From: Podarcis tiliguerta
Lineage: Eukaryota
Reading direction: 5' to 3' (one strand)
NCBI GenBank assembly: GCA_965153285.1
Contig: OZ229113.1
DNA length: 64,000 bases
Both the position numbers and the translations under genes were made by a program. Positions 1-13,812 of the stretch are shown here, piece by piece; positions within the stretch are counted from its first letter, which is position 1; every line of letters begins with the position of its first letter. Below the pieces are notes generated by a model. It did no database searches. It worked only from the letters and a program-made list of their open reading frames with translations, and was not told the DNA's origin.

Positions 1-97
1 TGTGGGTTCAAGTCCCAGGTTGGGCAAAGGATTCCTGTCTTGCAGGGGGTTGGACTAGATGATCCTCGTGGTCCCTTCCAACTCTACAGTTCTATGA
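1..97 (+). mobile_element. tRNA-derived SINE with CR1-type 3' tail (cut by the window edge)
   Basis: B-box ggttcaag followed by gggttggactagatgatcctcgtggtcccttccaactctacagttctatga. Same family as 55237-55372. Confidence 0.75.
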
Positions 98-417
98 AAT
101 TTAGCAATGTGCAATTCTAACCTTGTCTACTCTGCAGTAAATCCTATTGAATTTAATGGGGCTTACTTACAGGTAAATGTAGTTAGGGACTGTGGCCTGG
201 ACTGTTGCTTTACTTGCATCACATTGACATGGTTCCTAGACTTTGCTTTGGCTCAGCGGGAGTGAAACCTGTTATCCAGAGTGGCTCTTTGATCACACAT
301 GCGCAAGAAACACTCTACTTTGCCACAGCCTTCCTGTCCCCCTAGCAGAGTGAGGTAGCTTCACTCCTCTTCATAAACTTTTCAGATTAGGTGGGAATCA
401 TTCTGCTACAGAAATTT

Positions 418-756
418 GGCGCTGGTGGCGCTGTGGGTTAAACCACAAAGCCTAGGACTTGCCAATCAGAAGGTCAGTGGTTTGAATCCCCGCGACAGGG
501 TGAGCTCCCGGTGCTCAGTCCCAGCTCCTGCCAACCTAGCAGTTCGAAAGCATGTCAAAGTGCAAGTAGATAAATAGGTACCACTCCGGCGGGAAGGTAA
601 ATGGCGTTTCTGTGTGCTGCTCTGGTTCGCCAGAAGCGGCTTAGTCATGCTGGCCTCATGACCTGGAAGCTGTACGCCGGCCATTAAAGCGAGATGAGCC
701 CTCAACCCGAGTCGGTCATGACTGGACCTAATGGTCAGGGGTCCCCTTTACCTTTA
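418..756 (+). mobile_element. Sauria SINE
   Basis: ggtggcgctgtgggttaaaccac head, tgcaagtagataaataggtacc core and (ACCTTT)n tail. Four copies occur in the window. Confidence 0.92.
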
Positions 757-2964
757 TGTAGGTAATGGAATGAGCACTTCTTTGTATATCAGCTATATCA
801 ATATAGCCAATTAGTAGCTTATGCAGCTTTCCCACCTTGGAAAGTGCATCAGGGCCTTATTGCTAATAACCCAGAATGGCTAGAGGCATGATGGCAAAGG
901 GGTCTTTTAATGCTTTGGTGTAATATGTGAAGAATACACCCAATTTCTCCTTGCATGGAATACATGAACCGCCCCCCCCCCCCATATGTTTCCTGTGCAT
1001 CTCACTCGTGCAATTTCCTGTTTCACACATTAATCTGGAAGTACAAAAGTGTGTCTGAATTCCCACACATCATAAAGTGAAGCTGAAGCAGTTTTCAATA
1101 TGTTTTTTCCATCTCACTTGTGCCATTTGAATGCATCTGGGAAAGACCTATAAGGGCACATGCACACAACATGAAATATAATTCTGAGTATTCTCTTGCA
1201 CTACTGATACACAATGGCTGCAAAAACACTTAAAGTGTGACAAAGAGAGAAAAAGAGCCATGTTTAAAATGAACAGGCATTGTAGCCTGTTTAGGTCTTA
1301 TATTTGAATTAAAGATGTGGGGGAAACAAAAAAGAAAAGAAAACTTGTAACATATTGTGTGAAAATGTCCTAGTGTTTTCAAATTGATTGCGAGTATGCA
1401 GGAAAGTAGATTTACACTTGGCAGTTAAACCTTTCAATGCTTTTTGAGGAACCTGTGATCCCAGTACGATTCACATTAAGGGAAGTTCAATTGATTTCAA
1501 TGGGATCTGTTTAATAAACTGGTTTAGTACCGAGATGATTAGTCTCGCTAAAGTGAGGGGTCAGCCTGTCTGAAATGCCCCCCCCCCCCTTAACAGCTTG
1601 GAAATATGTCATTTTGATTTCAACGGAAAGCCATTAGCGATACAGCTCTAACCCTGCTTGGAAGCGGATGAGCTCCATTCAGCACTGTGGGACTTGCTTC
1701 GGAATTAACATGCATGCAGCGGGGAGGCAAGTCATATAAAACCTGGGAATAAGGATTATTCTATTTTGTTTTGGATTGTGGCGCCCATCGTCTTCAATCC
1801 GAGCACTTCTGTTTGTGAATAGAATTTCTGTTTTGGGCAATGCCGGCTTGTTTCAGGGCAACTGGCAACTGTACATCGAATTTCATTCCTCGTCACTCTC
1901 ATGCGGCATATCTGTCACTCTCCAGTTTCTGTGCACGAGGCACTCTGGGTGGAAGATACCCCCAGCAGTCATTCATTAAGCGCCAGAGCAATAAATCGAG
2001 CTCTAACGTGACGTCTGCCATTTTCTGCAGGAATGTTGCTTGCGAAACTACTTTTGCCTTGGAGCAAAGGCGGAAAGATAAACACGGCTGCCTTGCCAAA
2101 ACACTGGCAAATCTTTTCCTGCTTCCACAAATTTCTAAAAGTCACCCAGCATCTTTCTCTCCCCCCCACCCCCACCCCAGGATTAGACTGCTGCCTCTGA
2201 GCGGGGCGCGCGAGTGGTGGTGCTGTCGTTGGCTTTTTATTTTGGTCTTAAAGGGGGGGGGGGAGAGAGAGAGAGCTAATGCAAATGAGAGGAAAATAAT
2301 TTTCTTTCAGCGATATGCAATGTATTAGTCACTTGTTATCGTGCTTGGAGGCAGACCTCATTTGCGCGTCTGCCAACTCGCTCACATCTGCTCAGAGCTG
2401 TTCCGGGCATTTTAACCTTGGCGGTGTCGTGTCGTAGTCCCACGGATCAAGAGCCAGTAATTAAGGCTCGAAGCAGCAGCAAAATTTCATAGCCGCCCAT
2501 CTGCAGCGCAGTTGCTTCCGCGCTCAGCCCCCCTTGCCTCCCTCCCGTTTCGGAGCCGACGACTTCAAGATGGCAAGGCAGGCTGCGCCGGGGTCCTTAA
2601 GTCTTCCGAGGAAGGCCGAGGGGGCGCGCAGCTTCGCAGCCAGAGGAGGAATCCCAGCTGCGCCGTGAAACTTTGTCCGCGAGGCCCTGCTCTGTGCTCC
2701 CTCGGCCGGTTCTGGCCCTGCGCATTGCTGGGATATTAAAACCGGAGGATTCGTCTAGATCGCTGCTTGCTGCTTGAGGACACGTACGATGCTTTTAGTA
2801 AAGGCGGGATAGATTCTGCTGAAGAAGCCTCTGGGAGACCGGAGGGTTTTTCCTTAAGGTGCTAGGCGATGTACAGTTAGAATTGAAGAACGCTTCCTAT
2901 CCCCACCAGCGGCCCTGTTTGGACTTGGGGAGTCCCTGGCGTCCCCAGGTAGGCCTTCCTGAAA

Positions 2965-3048
2965 CCCTGGAGAGCTGCTGCCGGTCAGTGTAGACAATAT
3001 GAGCAAGATAGGCCCATGGTCTGGTTCATGATAAGCCTTTGTTCCTAT
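2965..3048 (+). mobile_element. SINE 3' fragment
   Basis: ggagagctgctgccggtcagtgtagacaata...gataggcccatggtctg resembles 49995-50085 and 45790-45870. Confidence 0.55.
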
Positions 3049-6000
3049 GAGTGATGCCGAAGCCCTAGTCGTCGCATAAATTGTCTTTCGGCTCCATCCT
3101 ATGTATGTTTACCTGGAAGCAGGTGTCGCTGTGTATTCTGTGTCTTCCTCTCGGTGAGCCTTGGGCCGCCTGCAATCCTGTGCTCATTTGCTTTACGATG
3201 GAACCCACCCCGGGGGTGCAGGAATGCACTTTAGGGGGGGGGGGCTAAAAAAAGTTAAAGGAGCGGAAAGCACTTGGGATGGGACAGTTAGCTAGAAATG
3301 CTAATGTAGGGAAATCTGGATTGGAGAACATGATTCGTGGAAGAAACCCTCCTGCAACTGATAGGCAGGTTTAGGGACTGGGCCCAGATTTCACATTTAA
3401 GGCGGCAATCCTATGCGCGCTCACCTGTGAGTAAGCCCCATTCAGCTCAACGAGGTTTACTTCTGAGTAGATATAAAAAGGGTCGCAGGGCAATTGTGAA
3501 GTCATCCTGGATCAAGCGGCTTGCAGATGGTTGCCACACAGCTCCTTTTCTGACATTTAAGTCTGCTGCGCTCATCTTTATTTTAAAAGGCACGTTTAAT
3601 GTACATATTCCAGAAAGCGCTGGCACCAAAACTCCTTACTGGTAGGAGTTGTACAGACGAAGTGTGATGGTGCTGGTGGTTTGGATTTTCGCTTCTTCTC
3701 CGCAGGAAGATGGCTAAGGGCGCAAGCCAACGGGAAGGTCTCCTGCGCAAGCCCGGCTGACAAAGCTGCGCAGGGAGCGGCTGCTGTTCTTTAGCAATTA
3801 ATTTCAACCGGGGCTTGTGAGCGCTGGATTGCGCCTTAAGCTGCTTTGCTATGGCGTCATTTCATTGAAAGGAGAGCGAGGTTGCTCCTGAGTTAAGTTT
3901 GCGGGGGACGAGCTCGCCACCTCGGCGTGGGGACTTCGACTGAGCGAGCGCTTAGGCGACGAGGATTGCAACCCCCCGCCCTGTTAAAAGCTCTCCATTC
4001 GCGAGCGCTTAACTCGCGGACCAATCTGCTGGCGGGCGAAGAGGAGGAGAAGGAGGCGGCGGCGGTGGAGGCGAAGGGGCCGACGACGCAAGCAAAAGCA
4101 GGCAGACGGTCCTGCGGGGGGAGCGGGAGGATTTAAGGCTACTTAAGCTCGCCCGAGCGCTCGACAGCGAACCAACCAAGCTGCATCTCTAGCTGCCGGC
4201 GCGCCGGCCATTTGCTGAATAATGAGAAGCTGCTCCTTCCCCTCCCGGGGGACTCGCCTTCACACAGGCTCCTCTCGGAGGTGGCTGCTCGCTCCCCCCC
4301 CCCCGTGTGTGTGTGTCTGCCGGGAGGGAGAGCGGGGAGTGGGAGGCGCTGCGCTCCCAATCAATCAGACCCTCGATGCTGTTGCTCCGTAAATGAGGAA
4401 ACCACAGGCACTGTCAGCCACAATTAAGCAAAATCAACTCGCCCGTGATCAATATCTGCTCGTTTCCCCGGTGAATACGGGGGCCGACGCCGACCTCCTT
4501 TGGGCTCTCGCAGCGCGGCCGCCGGGCCGGAAAAGCCACAAAGGGCAGCGCCGACCCAAGCGGGGCAGGCAATGGGAGAGAGAAAGGGCGGCGAGCGCAT
4601 TCATCACGAAGGGGGTGGGGAGAAACTCGGCTGTGGGTGTGCGCCTCCCCCGTGCACGCGCGCTGCTGTAGACCGTGGGGCTTAAAAAGCAAGAGGGTGT
4701 GGACCAGGCGGGTTTACCATTTCATCCTGGTCTTCACAGCAACCGACCTTGGGTCTGGGCTAGTTTGTTTATGTGTACCAGTCACGCACATAGCTCGATA
4801 CTTGTGTTGGTTTTCCTTCTTAAACTTTCCTATTAGCAAACACGGTTTTGGTTTTTTTTAAAAAATAATTTCTTTCAGCCTACTCCCTCCCTAACCTGGA
4901 TTTTCCAAGAAGTCACTGGATCCTTAGCACACCCTTGTGAGACCAAAACTGGGCTGGGATGAACCTCTTCCTTCTGTCTTTGCAAGCCAGCCAGCTTGGC
5001 TGCTGTCCCGGCTGGGGGGCGTGCGAGGGGTTAATGGGCCGCAGGCGCCGACGGGGCCTTGCCTGCGTTTTCCCCCGCTCTCGCTTGGCTGATACTCAGG
5101 GAGGCAGCGTCCGCTTAGGTACCTGAAAGACCCATTGAGTGCCAAGCGGGCAGGCTCCACGGAGGCCCTTCTCCTTTCCTCTGGCCCCTTGCTGCCGCTG
5201 CCGCCGCCCCTCCTCCGCCTCTGTCACCGCCTGCTTGTTGTCTCTCCAAGCAGCAGCAGCAGCGGAAACCGAGCCCGTGTCTGTGCGCGCGCCTAAAATG
5301 GCGCGGCCGGTCGGGGATCTCAAAGACGAAACGGGCTGGGATGACTCATTCGGTCTGGCTGAAAGAGCGAAGGAGAGTTGCAGGGGGCGGCAGCGCGAGG
5401 AGGTGCCTGCGCTCGGTACAGACCAGGCGAGCGCCCTTCGCCACGGTGCTGCCGAGCCTATAATCCTCTCGGAAGGGTGGAGGAGGGGACCCCACGGGAC
5501 GGGGTGAGACCCCCACATCGGCGCCCGAGGCGAAGGTGCTTTTCGCCGTGTACGTAGTGCGGGAACTGGGCCTTAATGGCACAAGTCAATTCGGGGACTT
5601 TCTCGGATCAAACGGCGGGTGGGGGGGAGAGAGAGACGCGAGGTCGCGAGAGAAATACTTCTCTCCCCTTCATTCTGTTTCGCTGCCTTCGTTTCTGCTT
5701 CCTGCAACGTCCCGTGTGCCCGGGCTATTTCACGAGGGACCAGATTATTAAGGCGCACGACGACCCCCCAATATCCCCCCCGCGTGGCCGCTCCACCTTC
5801 GAGTTCATTTGGGTGGAACAAACGGGCCCCACAGCTTCCCCCGGGTCTCGTACTAGGAGAAGCGGGGGCGCTATTTCTCCACCGCGCAGAAAACGTCGGC
5901 AAGAGACGACGTGTGAGAGGGAGAGAGTGAGAGAGAGACAGAGACGGCGGGCAGGGTTATTTGAAGGCTCGCCAGCCATTTTACCTTTCCCTTATTGACG

Positions 6001-6503
6001 GCCTTCCGTCCTCCTCCTCTCCCCGCCCCTCCCCGTCCCCGAACATCACTTATTCACAAGTTTTCCTGGCAAATGGCGGTAAGGAGTCGAAGTCACTGCG
6101 CTTTGCTTCGCGGTTGATGTGCCAAGGAGGTTGCTGCGGTCCGAAGCCTTGCGCACGGCGGTGGAGGAAACGACCGGCTGCTGCCAGAGGTTTTTGGATG
6201 CGCTGCCGGGCTGTGCACCGCCCCCTTTGAACCCCGATCTTCCAGGGAAACGAAGGCAAAGGCTGTCTGAAGCCACTCTCTCCCTTCGAAGCAGGGTCTC
6301 CCTGGCAAACGGCAGCAAAGTCCTTTCCTTTCCTGCGGCTACACAGCAGTTGGCTGGGGTTGTGGAGTCCTCGCTTCCCCTCGTCCTCCTGCTCTCGACA
6401 TCTCACCCCTCACTTTTGCAATGCACACGGCTCCTTTCCCCGAGGCTTGGAGCTCCTGTTCCTTACAAAAGCCAAGGGAAAACAGGAGACGGGGAAAGAT
6501 CGT

Positions 6504-6529
6504 TCTCTCTCTCTCTCTCTCTCTCTCTC
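6504..6529. repeat. (CT)n microsatellite
   Basis: Seen directly. Confidence 0.95.
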
Positions 6530-8442
6530 CATCTCGTCCCGTTTTATCTGAGTCTCGAGTCCGGAATCCCCCATTCCGGATGCCTGTGCCTGTGCCCAAT
6601 CGATCGCGGCCGCCCCGTAATGCCTGCACAGCGCTTTGTTTACATGAGAAGAAAGTCCGGATCGCGAAGGCGCACGTGACGGCGCAGGAAGCCTCCCGAG
6701 GAACGTGCGCAGACAGAAGAAAGAGGAAGTTTAAAAGCCCCTGAAATAGCCACCCAACCGGTTCTTCTCTTTTTCCGCGCGCTGCTTGGGCAAACTTGGG
6801 CATCGTTCTGCGCGCCTCCGATACGCACATGAGAAAATCGGGTTGGAGACGTCGCAGGCACATTGTGCTTAGCTTTGTGGCCAGACAAAATGCCACACGT
6901 CGCGGCTAAAGGTCAGCCGCCTTCCTCGCAGCCGTGGATACTTAGTTTGCTGTTTCCTACTTCGCTTAACAAACGTGCTTCAAGCTCTCTCGTACAACGT
7001 AGCTCCCCGCCACCTCTGCGCAACGGCGTGTTCAAATTTATGCCACCGTATTTTGCACGACCCAGTGCATGCTTATTCATAAATTCTTCTGTGTTCAAGG
7101 GGGCTTACTCCGAGGCAAGTGTGCACAAGACTGCAGCCTTGTTTAAAATAGCAAACTGCACTAATATCTTAAGGTTACAGTTCTAATACCGTGGGGCGAG
7201 GCCCGTTTAACACAGCGGGGCTTGGTTCAAATTGTAAATGGAAGAAAAGGTGGTTTGACTTAAACGGAAGCCAGGACAGTGTAGTGCTTAGTGCAGCCCA
7301 AGATGCTCCCTGAGTGACCTTGACTCGCCCTGCCCTTTCCTTTGATCCTACCTCGCGCGATTGATGTGCGGCTAAAATTGGGGAACGTTTGGCACCTTGA
7401 CCTCCTTGGAAGAGATATATAAATGCAATAAATACATTTCCAGTAATGTAGAGCCAGAAAGCGTGTAGTTGCCCCCGAGTTCAGGCTTGAGTACATGTGC
7501 AGGCTCATGAATAGGCTAAGTGTACGTCGCGTCATTATTGAAATATAGGAGAAAAGGCTGCCTCCCCATGAGATGCTCTGCAGCTTGTTTAGGGGAGACC
7601 TGAAACGGGCAGGGAGCTAGAGATGGGCGAACTATGCGTGGTCTTGTTTTGATTACAGAGGAGGGCCTTCTCTGATTAACGCGAAAGCCCCGCTGGGTTA
7701 GCGCCATTCCCCCCTGACATTCGCCATCCACGTCCGCTTGCTCTACGGCTCCGACCCGCCTGCCGTGCAGCTGACGGCGGGCCTGTGGTTTATGCAGTGG
7801 AAAGTGGCCGGCTGCCAAAAGGAGCAGGAGGTGGAAAGAGGAAAGGCGCCAACAGGGAACTCGTGTGCGCTCGCGGCATTCGCTCTCCTTCCTGGCTCGC
7901 TGGAGCCCGGCTGGGGCTTACTCTCTTGGTTATTTTTCCTGCTTGCACCCTTTTTCGTGCCCTGGTTGGCAAGAAAGGCCCCTGAGCCACCTTGAATGGC
8001 GGGAAAGAGAGGCCGCCAACGCTCTCGGCATGGTTTCTCCGGACCCTCCTTCCCGGGGAGGCGAAGCGCAAAGCGCTGCGGCTGCTTCCCCTGGCCGCGG
8101 GCACCAGGTTTGTTGAGTTCGCGAAGGCAGGAGCGTGCGAGCAAAAGTTTGCTCCTGCGCCCGCCTCCAGTGGCTGCCAAGAGTCTGTTGCCGTTGCGAG
8201 GGCGATGCAAGCGGTTCCCTTTTTGAAGAGAGAGAGAACGAGAACAGGGGAGGGCAGAGGAGGATCCAACAGCCAAGCAGGGCGCTGCGTGAATGCATTT
8301 GCCTCCCACCCAATGATGTGGAGTTGCGGCGGCTGCCAGTGGTGCCCGGAGAACTGGGTGTTCAGCCAGACACGCCGAGCGCCGGGGCCGCTTTTTTCTT
8401 TTCCTTTCGAGTCTGCTCTGTAACATGAGCGCAGCAGCTTGA

Positions 8443-8454
8443 TGGGGGGGGGGG

Positions 8455-8511
<57 letters not shown>
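8443..8511. repeat. Poly-G followed by (GA)n microsatellite
   Basis: Seen directly. Confidence 0.95.
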
Positions 8512-8514
<3 letters not shown>

Positions 8515-11500
8515 GCTCCTCTCGGCAGCGGACACCGAGCAGGTTTTGCAGCGAAACCCTCGCCGTGCAGCTCCCCCCTTTTCCTCCCAGGCGAGCTTGA
8601 CGGATTTGTCAGCCGGACACCTCCGGGGAGGAAATTCCGCGTGGCCTCTTTGGCGCTCGGAGCCTGCCTGCTGCTGCTGCCTTAGGTCACATTCTCGCGC
8701 AGCCAGCGAGCTCGCCTCGCTCGGCAGGAGGCGCGGCGCGATCCCCACCCCGGGGAGGAGGTTTTGCTTTCCGTCGCGGGCTGGTACGGTCGGAAGCTGC
8801 TGCAGCTATGGCAGCTTCTAGCAACTCTGGCCGAGGTGCTGGGCATGTGCTAGCAGCATATAAACGAGGTGGAGCGGGTGTGCTCTCCAAAGTAGCATGC
8901 GGGAGGGGGAGGCACGGAGGAGAGCTTTTTAATCAAGTTTTTTTTTTTGGGGGGGGGAATCGTGACATATGTGCGGTTCTGTTATTTTCTGTTGTCTCCT
9001 GCCTTACGTCCCCTCCGCCCGCCCCCCTTATATGTATAAAGCAAAAGAGTGTTACATAACGGGGAGATTCCCGAAGGTAGAAGGAGACTTGCGGGGACTC
9101 GGAAAAGCAAAGTGCCAAGCCCTGAATCGCTCCACGGAGGCGGAGAAACAGCCAGGGAGGTGGTTTATTTAATTTTCAGGACGAATTAGATAAAACTGCG
9201 GTCTTTAGTCCAACTCTCTAGTGTAGCCGGAATCTCAGCAAAAGCATACACACCAATTCAACGTACTGATTTTTTTGGGGATGGGGTGGGAAATAATCGC
9301 AATAAACACTAACAAACTTTAGCAGCCACGGCCTACGCGCCCTCGTTATGCCCAAACCCCACTTCTTTTTGACAGTTTCTCTAAGCGTGACTTTCTCAGA
9401 CGCTTGTGCATTTTAATTTACACTGTGCATTATATATGTCGCCTTTTATTAGCATGTCAAGGCAGGCGATTAATACCTAGAGCTAACAAGTAGTCCTGAA
9501 CAGCCCCGATTCTGCGTGCACTTTCTGGGGACTAGGCCTCGCAAAATACAAGCGGGACTTGGGTCTGTCTTTATTTCGGTGCGGGGGGGGGGGGCCACTC
9601 CTTTTCAGCCTGAGGGTCCCACCTGAAGGAGCCTTCCGGGGCCGGCGGTGGGCGAGGCCAGAGGCGGCGGTGGCTCCATGGATGTTACGGTAGCCTACAT
9701 TCTAACCGCGCAAGAGTCAAAAGGTTTCTGTGTTCTATTTCTCTATAAAGTGCGTCAAGGCAAGCGAAGAGGCATTATCTTCGGCCAAGGACACATTCAA
9801 ACCAGACAAAAGCGCTCCGAAGGGTTTGTGGGGGCAGGGCCAGTGGGGTGCGGCCTAAGGAGAGTGGGCTTCCGGTCCCCCATCCTTGTTTTAGTGGACC
9901 TCTTGGGATTTACCTTCAGGTAAGAGGGTAAAGGAAGGTTTGGGTAGTTACAGGGTAAACCAGTGCATGTCTACTCTAGTCCCAATGCGTTAACTGGAGA
10001 TTACTCCCGGGTAAACGAGTAGTGGGTAGGATTGCAGCCTTGAGCGCATTTCTTTGATTTCACTGGGACTTGCGGGTAAAGCCTGCTCTGGACCCTAGAT
10101 CCAAATGCTCGGGCTTAACTGAGCTGTGGATCCATTGCTCCGTAAGCGGAGTGGTTGCTTATATGTAACCTTCCAGGGGCTCACAGCCACAAAGCAGAGA
10201 GGGCTGCTGCTTTGCCAGCAACGTCTCCTCCTGGAGCCCGAAGGGTTAAAAGTCTGTTGCTTGTTGCAATGAAATTATGGCTGGCAGTGGCGCCGCTGTT
10301 TGTTCAACAGACCTCCACTTTTAAACAGTTCACAAAAAGTTCATCAGGGCGGCGGTGATTATAAACAACGTATGTATGCGCTGGGAAGCGCGACCCTGAA
10401 AACGAGCAGAAACGAGCAAACATCTCGCCTCGCCCACCTCCCGGGAAGGGATCGCGGGCGCTCGGTTGTACTTTTTGCACAGAACCGGCTCAGGCGCTGC
10501 GCGCTCCCGGCTGCTGCAACTCTTCTCCGGGCCTCCGAAAAGGCCTTTCTCTCCCAGCTCGCGGATCCCGCCTCCCTTTCGCCTCGTGTCGCTGAGATGC
10601 AGCGGCGACGCTCCAAAGGGGAATTTGGCAACTTCTTCTGTTGCAAAAGCTCCGCGGCAGACCTTAAGCAATCCCAGCCTCGCTCTGGGCCCCTTCTGTG
10701 CAAACACCTTTGCCCGGGGCGAGTTTCGCGGCGTGGACTAGCAAAGAGAGATGGTTGTCTTGCAGCAGAAGGCAACATAGTTTTCCTTTTCTCCTTGTTT
10801 TGTTGTTTTATTTTTAAATACGCACTGTAGCGTTTTGGGAGCTATCATAATCTGGGCCGATTATTTGGCAATTTGCCTTTGAGCTTCCTCTCTTCCCAGT
10901 TTAGGAAACCTTTGCATTCAGGGCGTAGCTTCGCTTGCATATCTGCCTTTGGAAGCCAACGCCTCCCCCTCCCCACACAGCGCCCCAAGTATCTGGGGTC
11001 GACTCAGATCGCGCTCCTGGGGTCGACTTTTGCAGATCTCAGGAGCACCAGCCGATGGCAACCAACGATACATTTCCCCGCGAGGAAACCCAGAGCCGTA
11101 GCTCAGTTCCAGCCTATAAAAAGCAAGATTAGGCTCCCGGGCATGTCTCCTGCTTTTCAGAAAAGGGGTGGGGGAAAGGGGAGAGGGAGCGGCGTCCCCT
11201 CCCTCCGTGCAGACAGCCCTATCTCTTTGGACTTTGTGTCCCCTCCATTCCTTACAGATGAGGCAGCGCTCTGGGCGGCTACTAACCGTATGTAAAACTC
11301 TCAATCACTCTCCAGGCTGCGGCTGCTCCATTTGAAAACATTACGAGCCGTGCATCTGGAAAACACTAAATCTGGTCAGCAAAACCCGTCTTTCCCCTGG
11401 AACAACAACTTTTGAATGATAGGGCGATATTTCGTCCTAGCCTTTACTGGGGCGGTGGTGGGGGGGGGCGGTGCGAGGAGAAGGGGCCAGCTCCTCTTCC

Positions 11501-13589
11501 TTGACAGCAATTGGGGTCAGCTCTTGCAAGCTAGCTGCTGCGGAGGGAGGCAGGGAGGGAGGGGACGGTGCCGTTTCAGTAAAATATGTTCCGTGCGTGG
11601 GGATCTGCACAAAAGGCTTCTTCAAGGAGCTGGGAGGGGGAACAAGAAGGGCTCATGAAATGCTTGAGAGAACACAGGGGTTTCTTTGGCGCTTATACGG
11701 AGGTCCTCCTCTGTTCGTGGTTGGAGCATTTGTGCGCAAACGCACCCTAGGTTTTGCCTCCGCTTCTGTTTTAAGGGTTAATTCGTCTGTTTAGGAGCAC
11801 GGGGGCTTTTAAACCGCGAGGCGTGCGCGTGCGTGCGTGGCGCTCTCCACTGGCCTCTGCGTGGATAGGTCCGACCAGACCCCGGGGCTCCTGCACCGTT
11901 TACTCTCGGGTAATCCCACTGGGCTTGGTTGAGCCACAGGGGTTGAAGGGCTGCAGCAGTAGAGCCCGATCCTAATCGCATACTTATATTGGATAGTGCG
12001 TTAGTTTCAGTGATGCTATATCCCCAAGTTATTAACCGTGTGTAGGATGGCCCCTTATTAGGTATACACAGGTTAAGGTCTCCATCCCTTCCGCGCGATC
12101 CTAAACGCGTTTAGCTTAGGAATGGGTCCCGATTTGTGCGGGCGGCTTCCTCGGTGGTAGCTACGTTAAGGATTGCGCCCTAGTACGTCTCATAGTTTAA
12201 AAAAACCCGAAAAAGCCCGGGAAGCCTCCCTTCTCTGCAGAAAAGCAATTTAGCGCGGCGCGTCCCGCGTTCGCCGTTCCTCCGCTTGGCGAGGCATTTT
12301 GTGCCTGCGCGCACTTTCCCCTCCCCTCTTTCCATTTTGGTGAGAGGAAGAGCTGAAGGGGTATCCTGTGCATTAAAGGCTCCCCCTACTTATTAACCCA
12401 GCATTTAACAGCGGGATGCAGGCTGAAGCTCAGTCAAAAGAAACGACTGAACCTCCAAAGAGCAATTAAAATCCGGCACTGGAATAAATCACGCGCCGCG
12501 ATAATCGTGTTAATAAAACGCAGCTTGTCCTGACACTTCACTCATGCAGCAAACTAGAATTTAACGCGGGCGGAGATGGCGCGTTCGGGAGGGAAGAAAG
12601 GCAGGCGAGGCCCTTCTGTTGCTGGACGCGAAAATCCGGTTGCCTTTCACCTGCCTTCCCTGCTGCACGCAGCGCCGATCCTTTCGGACTGCTAATGCTT
12701 CTCCAGTGAGCCCGCTAATGATTTCTTTCCCTGGAGTGAGCAGGCGTCATTGAATTACTGAAAGCACTCAAAGCAGCAGCGGCGGCGGCGCAACAACAGC
12801 AGCTCCAATGGTGGAAGCCACCAGGGTTGGGTTACTTAATCAAATCAAGGGCTGGGGATCTCACCAACCAACTTAATGGTTTTTCCCCCTCCCCTTAACC
12901 CTTTTCTGGGCTGGGAGACGAAATTCTAGGAAAATGGTTGCCCTATTAAAAATAGGAGCTCTTGTTTGTCTCTGGCATTCTACTAAAGCTTGTTTTCAGA
13001 GATAGAAACGCTAGAAACTTCATTTGAAGTGGAAACTGACATTTGACACCTTGCTTTTTTTAAAAAAGTGAATGTTAGGATATCACTCTGTGCCTTTAGT
13101 CTGGCCCTGTTCCCACTCCCAGGCAGTGTTTTCATATTTGGATTTCCTTCTTGCTAAAGTTATCTCTTCAAACACAACCTAGTTCTTTTGTGCACTGGGT
13201 AAGATCCCGCCAATGTTGAGCCCTGCTTTGTGAATAAATGCAAACCTGCGGGAATTTGTCCTGCTTAATTTTGGTTGGATCTTCCCTATTATTTGGATTT
13301 AAAGTTTCACTGAAAGTTACTTCAACATAATGGGGACAATCAGGCTAAAAAGTGCATTTAGTGACACTAGGTACCATTGATTTCAGAGGGATGGGGGTGT
13401 CACAATTGCCGCTGGATCACACACACACACACACTGGTTGTGCTACACGTGGAAAAGAAAATCCACTGAAAAGAAAATGATACATTGCTGCTTACGAAGG
13501 GTTAAACACACACAGACAGAATTATGCCGCCAAAGTCGAGTACTCTTACATCCTGTAGAAGTTACACAGATGCCCAACACTCCCAGTGA

Positions 13590-13812
13590 ATTTATTTATT
13601 TATTGCATTTATTTCCTACCTTTCCCCCCAAGGAGCTCAAGGTGGTATATACATGGTTCTCTTTCTTCTCATTTAATCCGCACAACAACCCTGTGAGGTA
13701 GGTTAGGGTGAGATAAGAAAGCGAGTGCCCAAGGTCACTCAGTGAGCTTCATGGCCAAGTAGGGATTGGAACCTCGGTTTCCAAGGTTCCACTCAGACAA
13801 TCTCACCACAAC
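13590..13812 (-). mobile_element. MIR-like CORE SINE
   Basis: acaacaaccctgtgaggtagg...cccaaggtcactcagtgagcttcatggc...gattggaacc is a reverse CORE/tRNA head with a (TTTA)n tail. Confidence 0.75.

Larger units (their letters stand above)
2200..12800. promoter_or_regulatory. Extended CpG-island domain (BCOR promoters, non-coding first exons, 5' part of intron 1)
   Basis: CpG and GC content are visibly high compared with the rest of the window. YY1-type AAAATGGCG at 5295 and octamer ATGCAAAT at 2279. Boundaries were judged by eye. Confidence 0.75.

Noticed and set aside
466-705. Similar short ORFs at 466, 30587, 47163 and 61829
   Set aside because: Antisense translations of Sauria SINE copies, not a gene family.
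3900-11980. Many overlapping 60-227 aa ORFs on both strands
   Set aside because: Expected from stop-codon scarcity in GC-rich DNA. They show no recognisable protein similarity and some cross microsatellites.
12924-12932. BCL6/STAT consensus TTCCTAGAA (minus strand) suggesting feedback regulation
   Set aside because: A single 9-mer is expected about 0.5 times by chance in 64 kb on two strands, and nothing else supports it.
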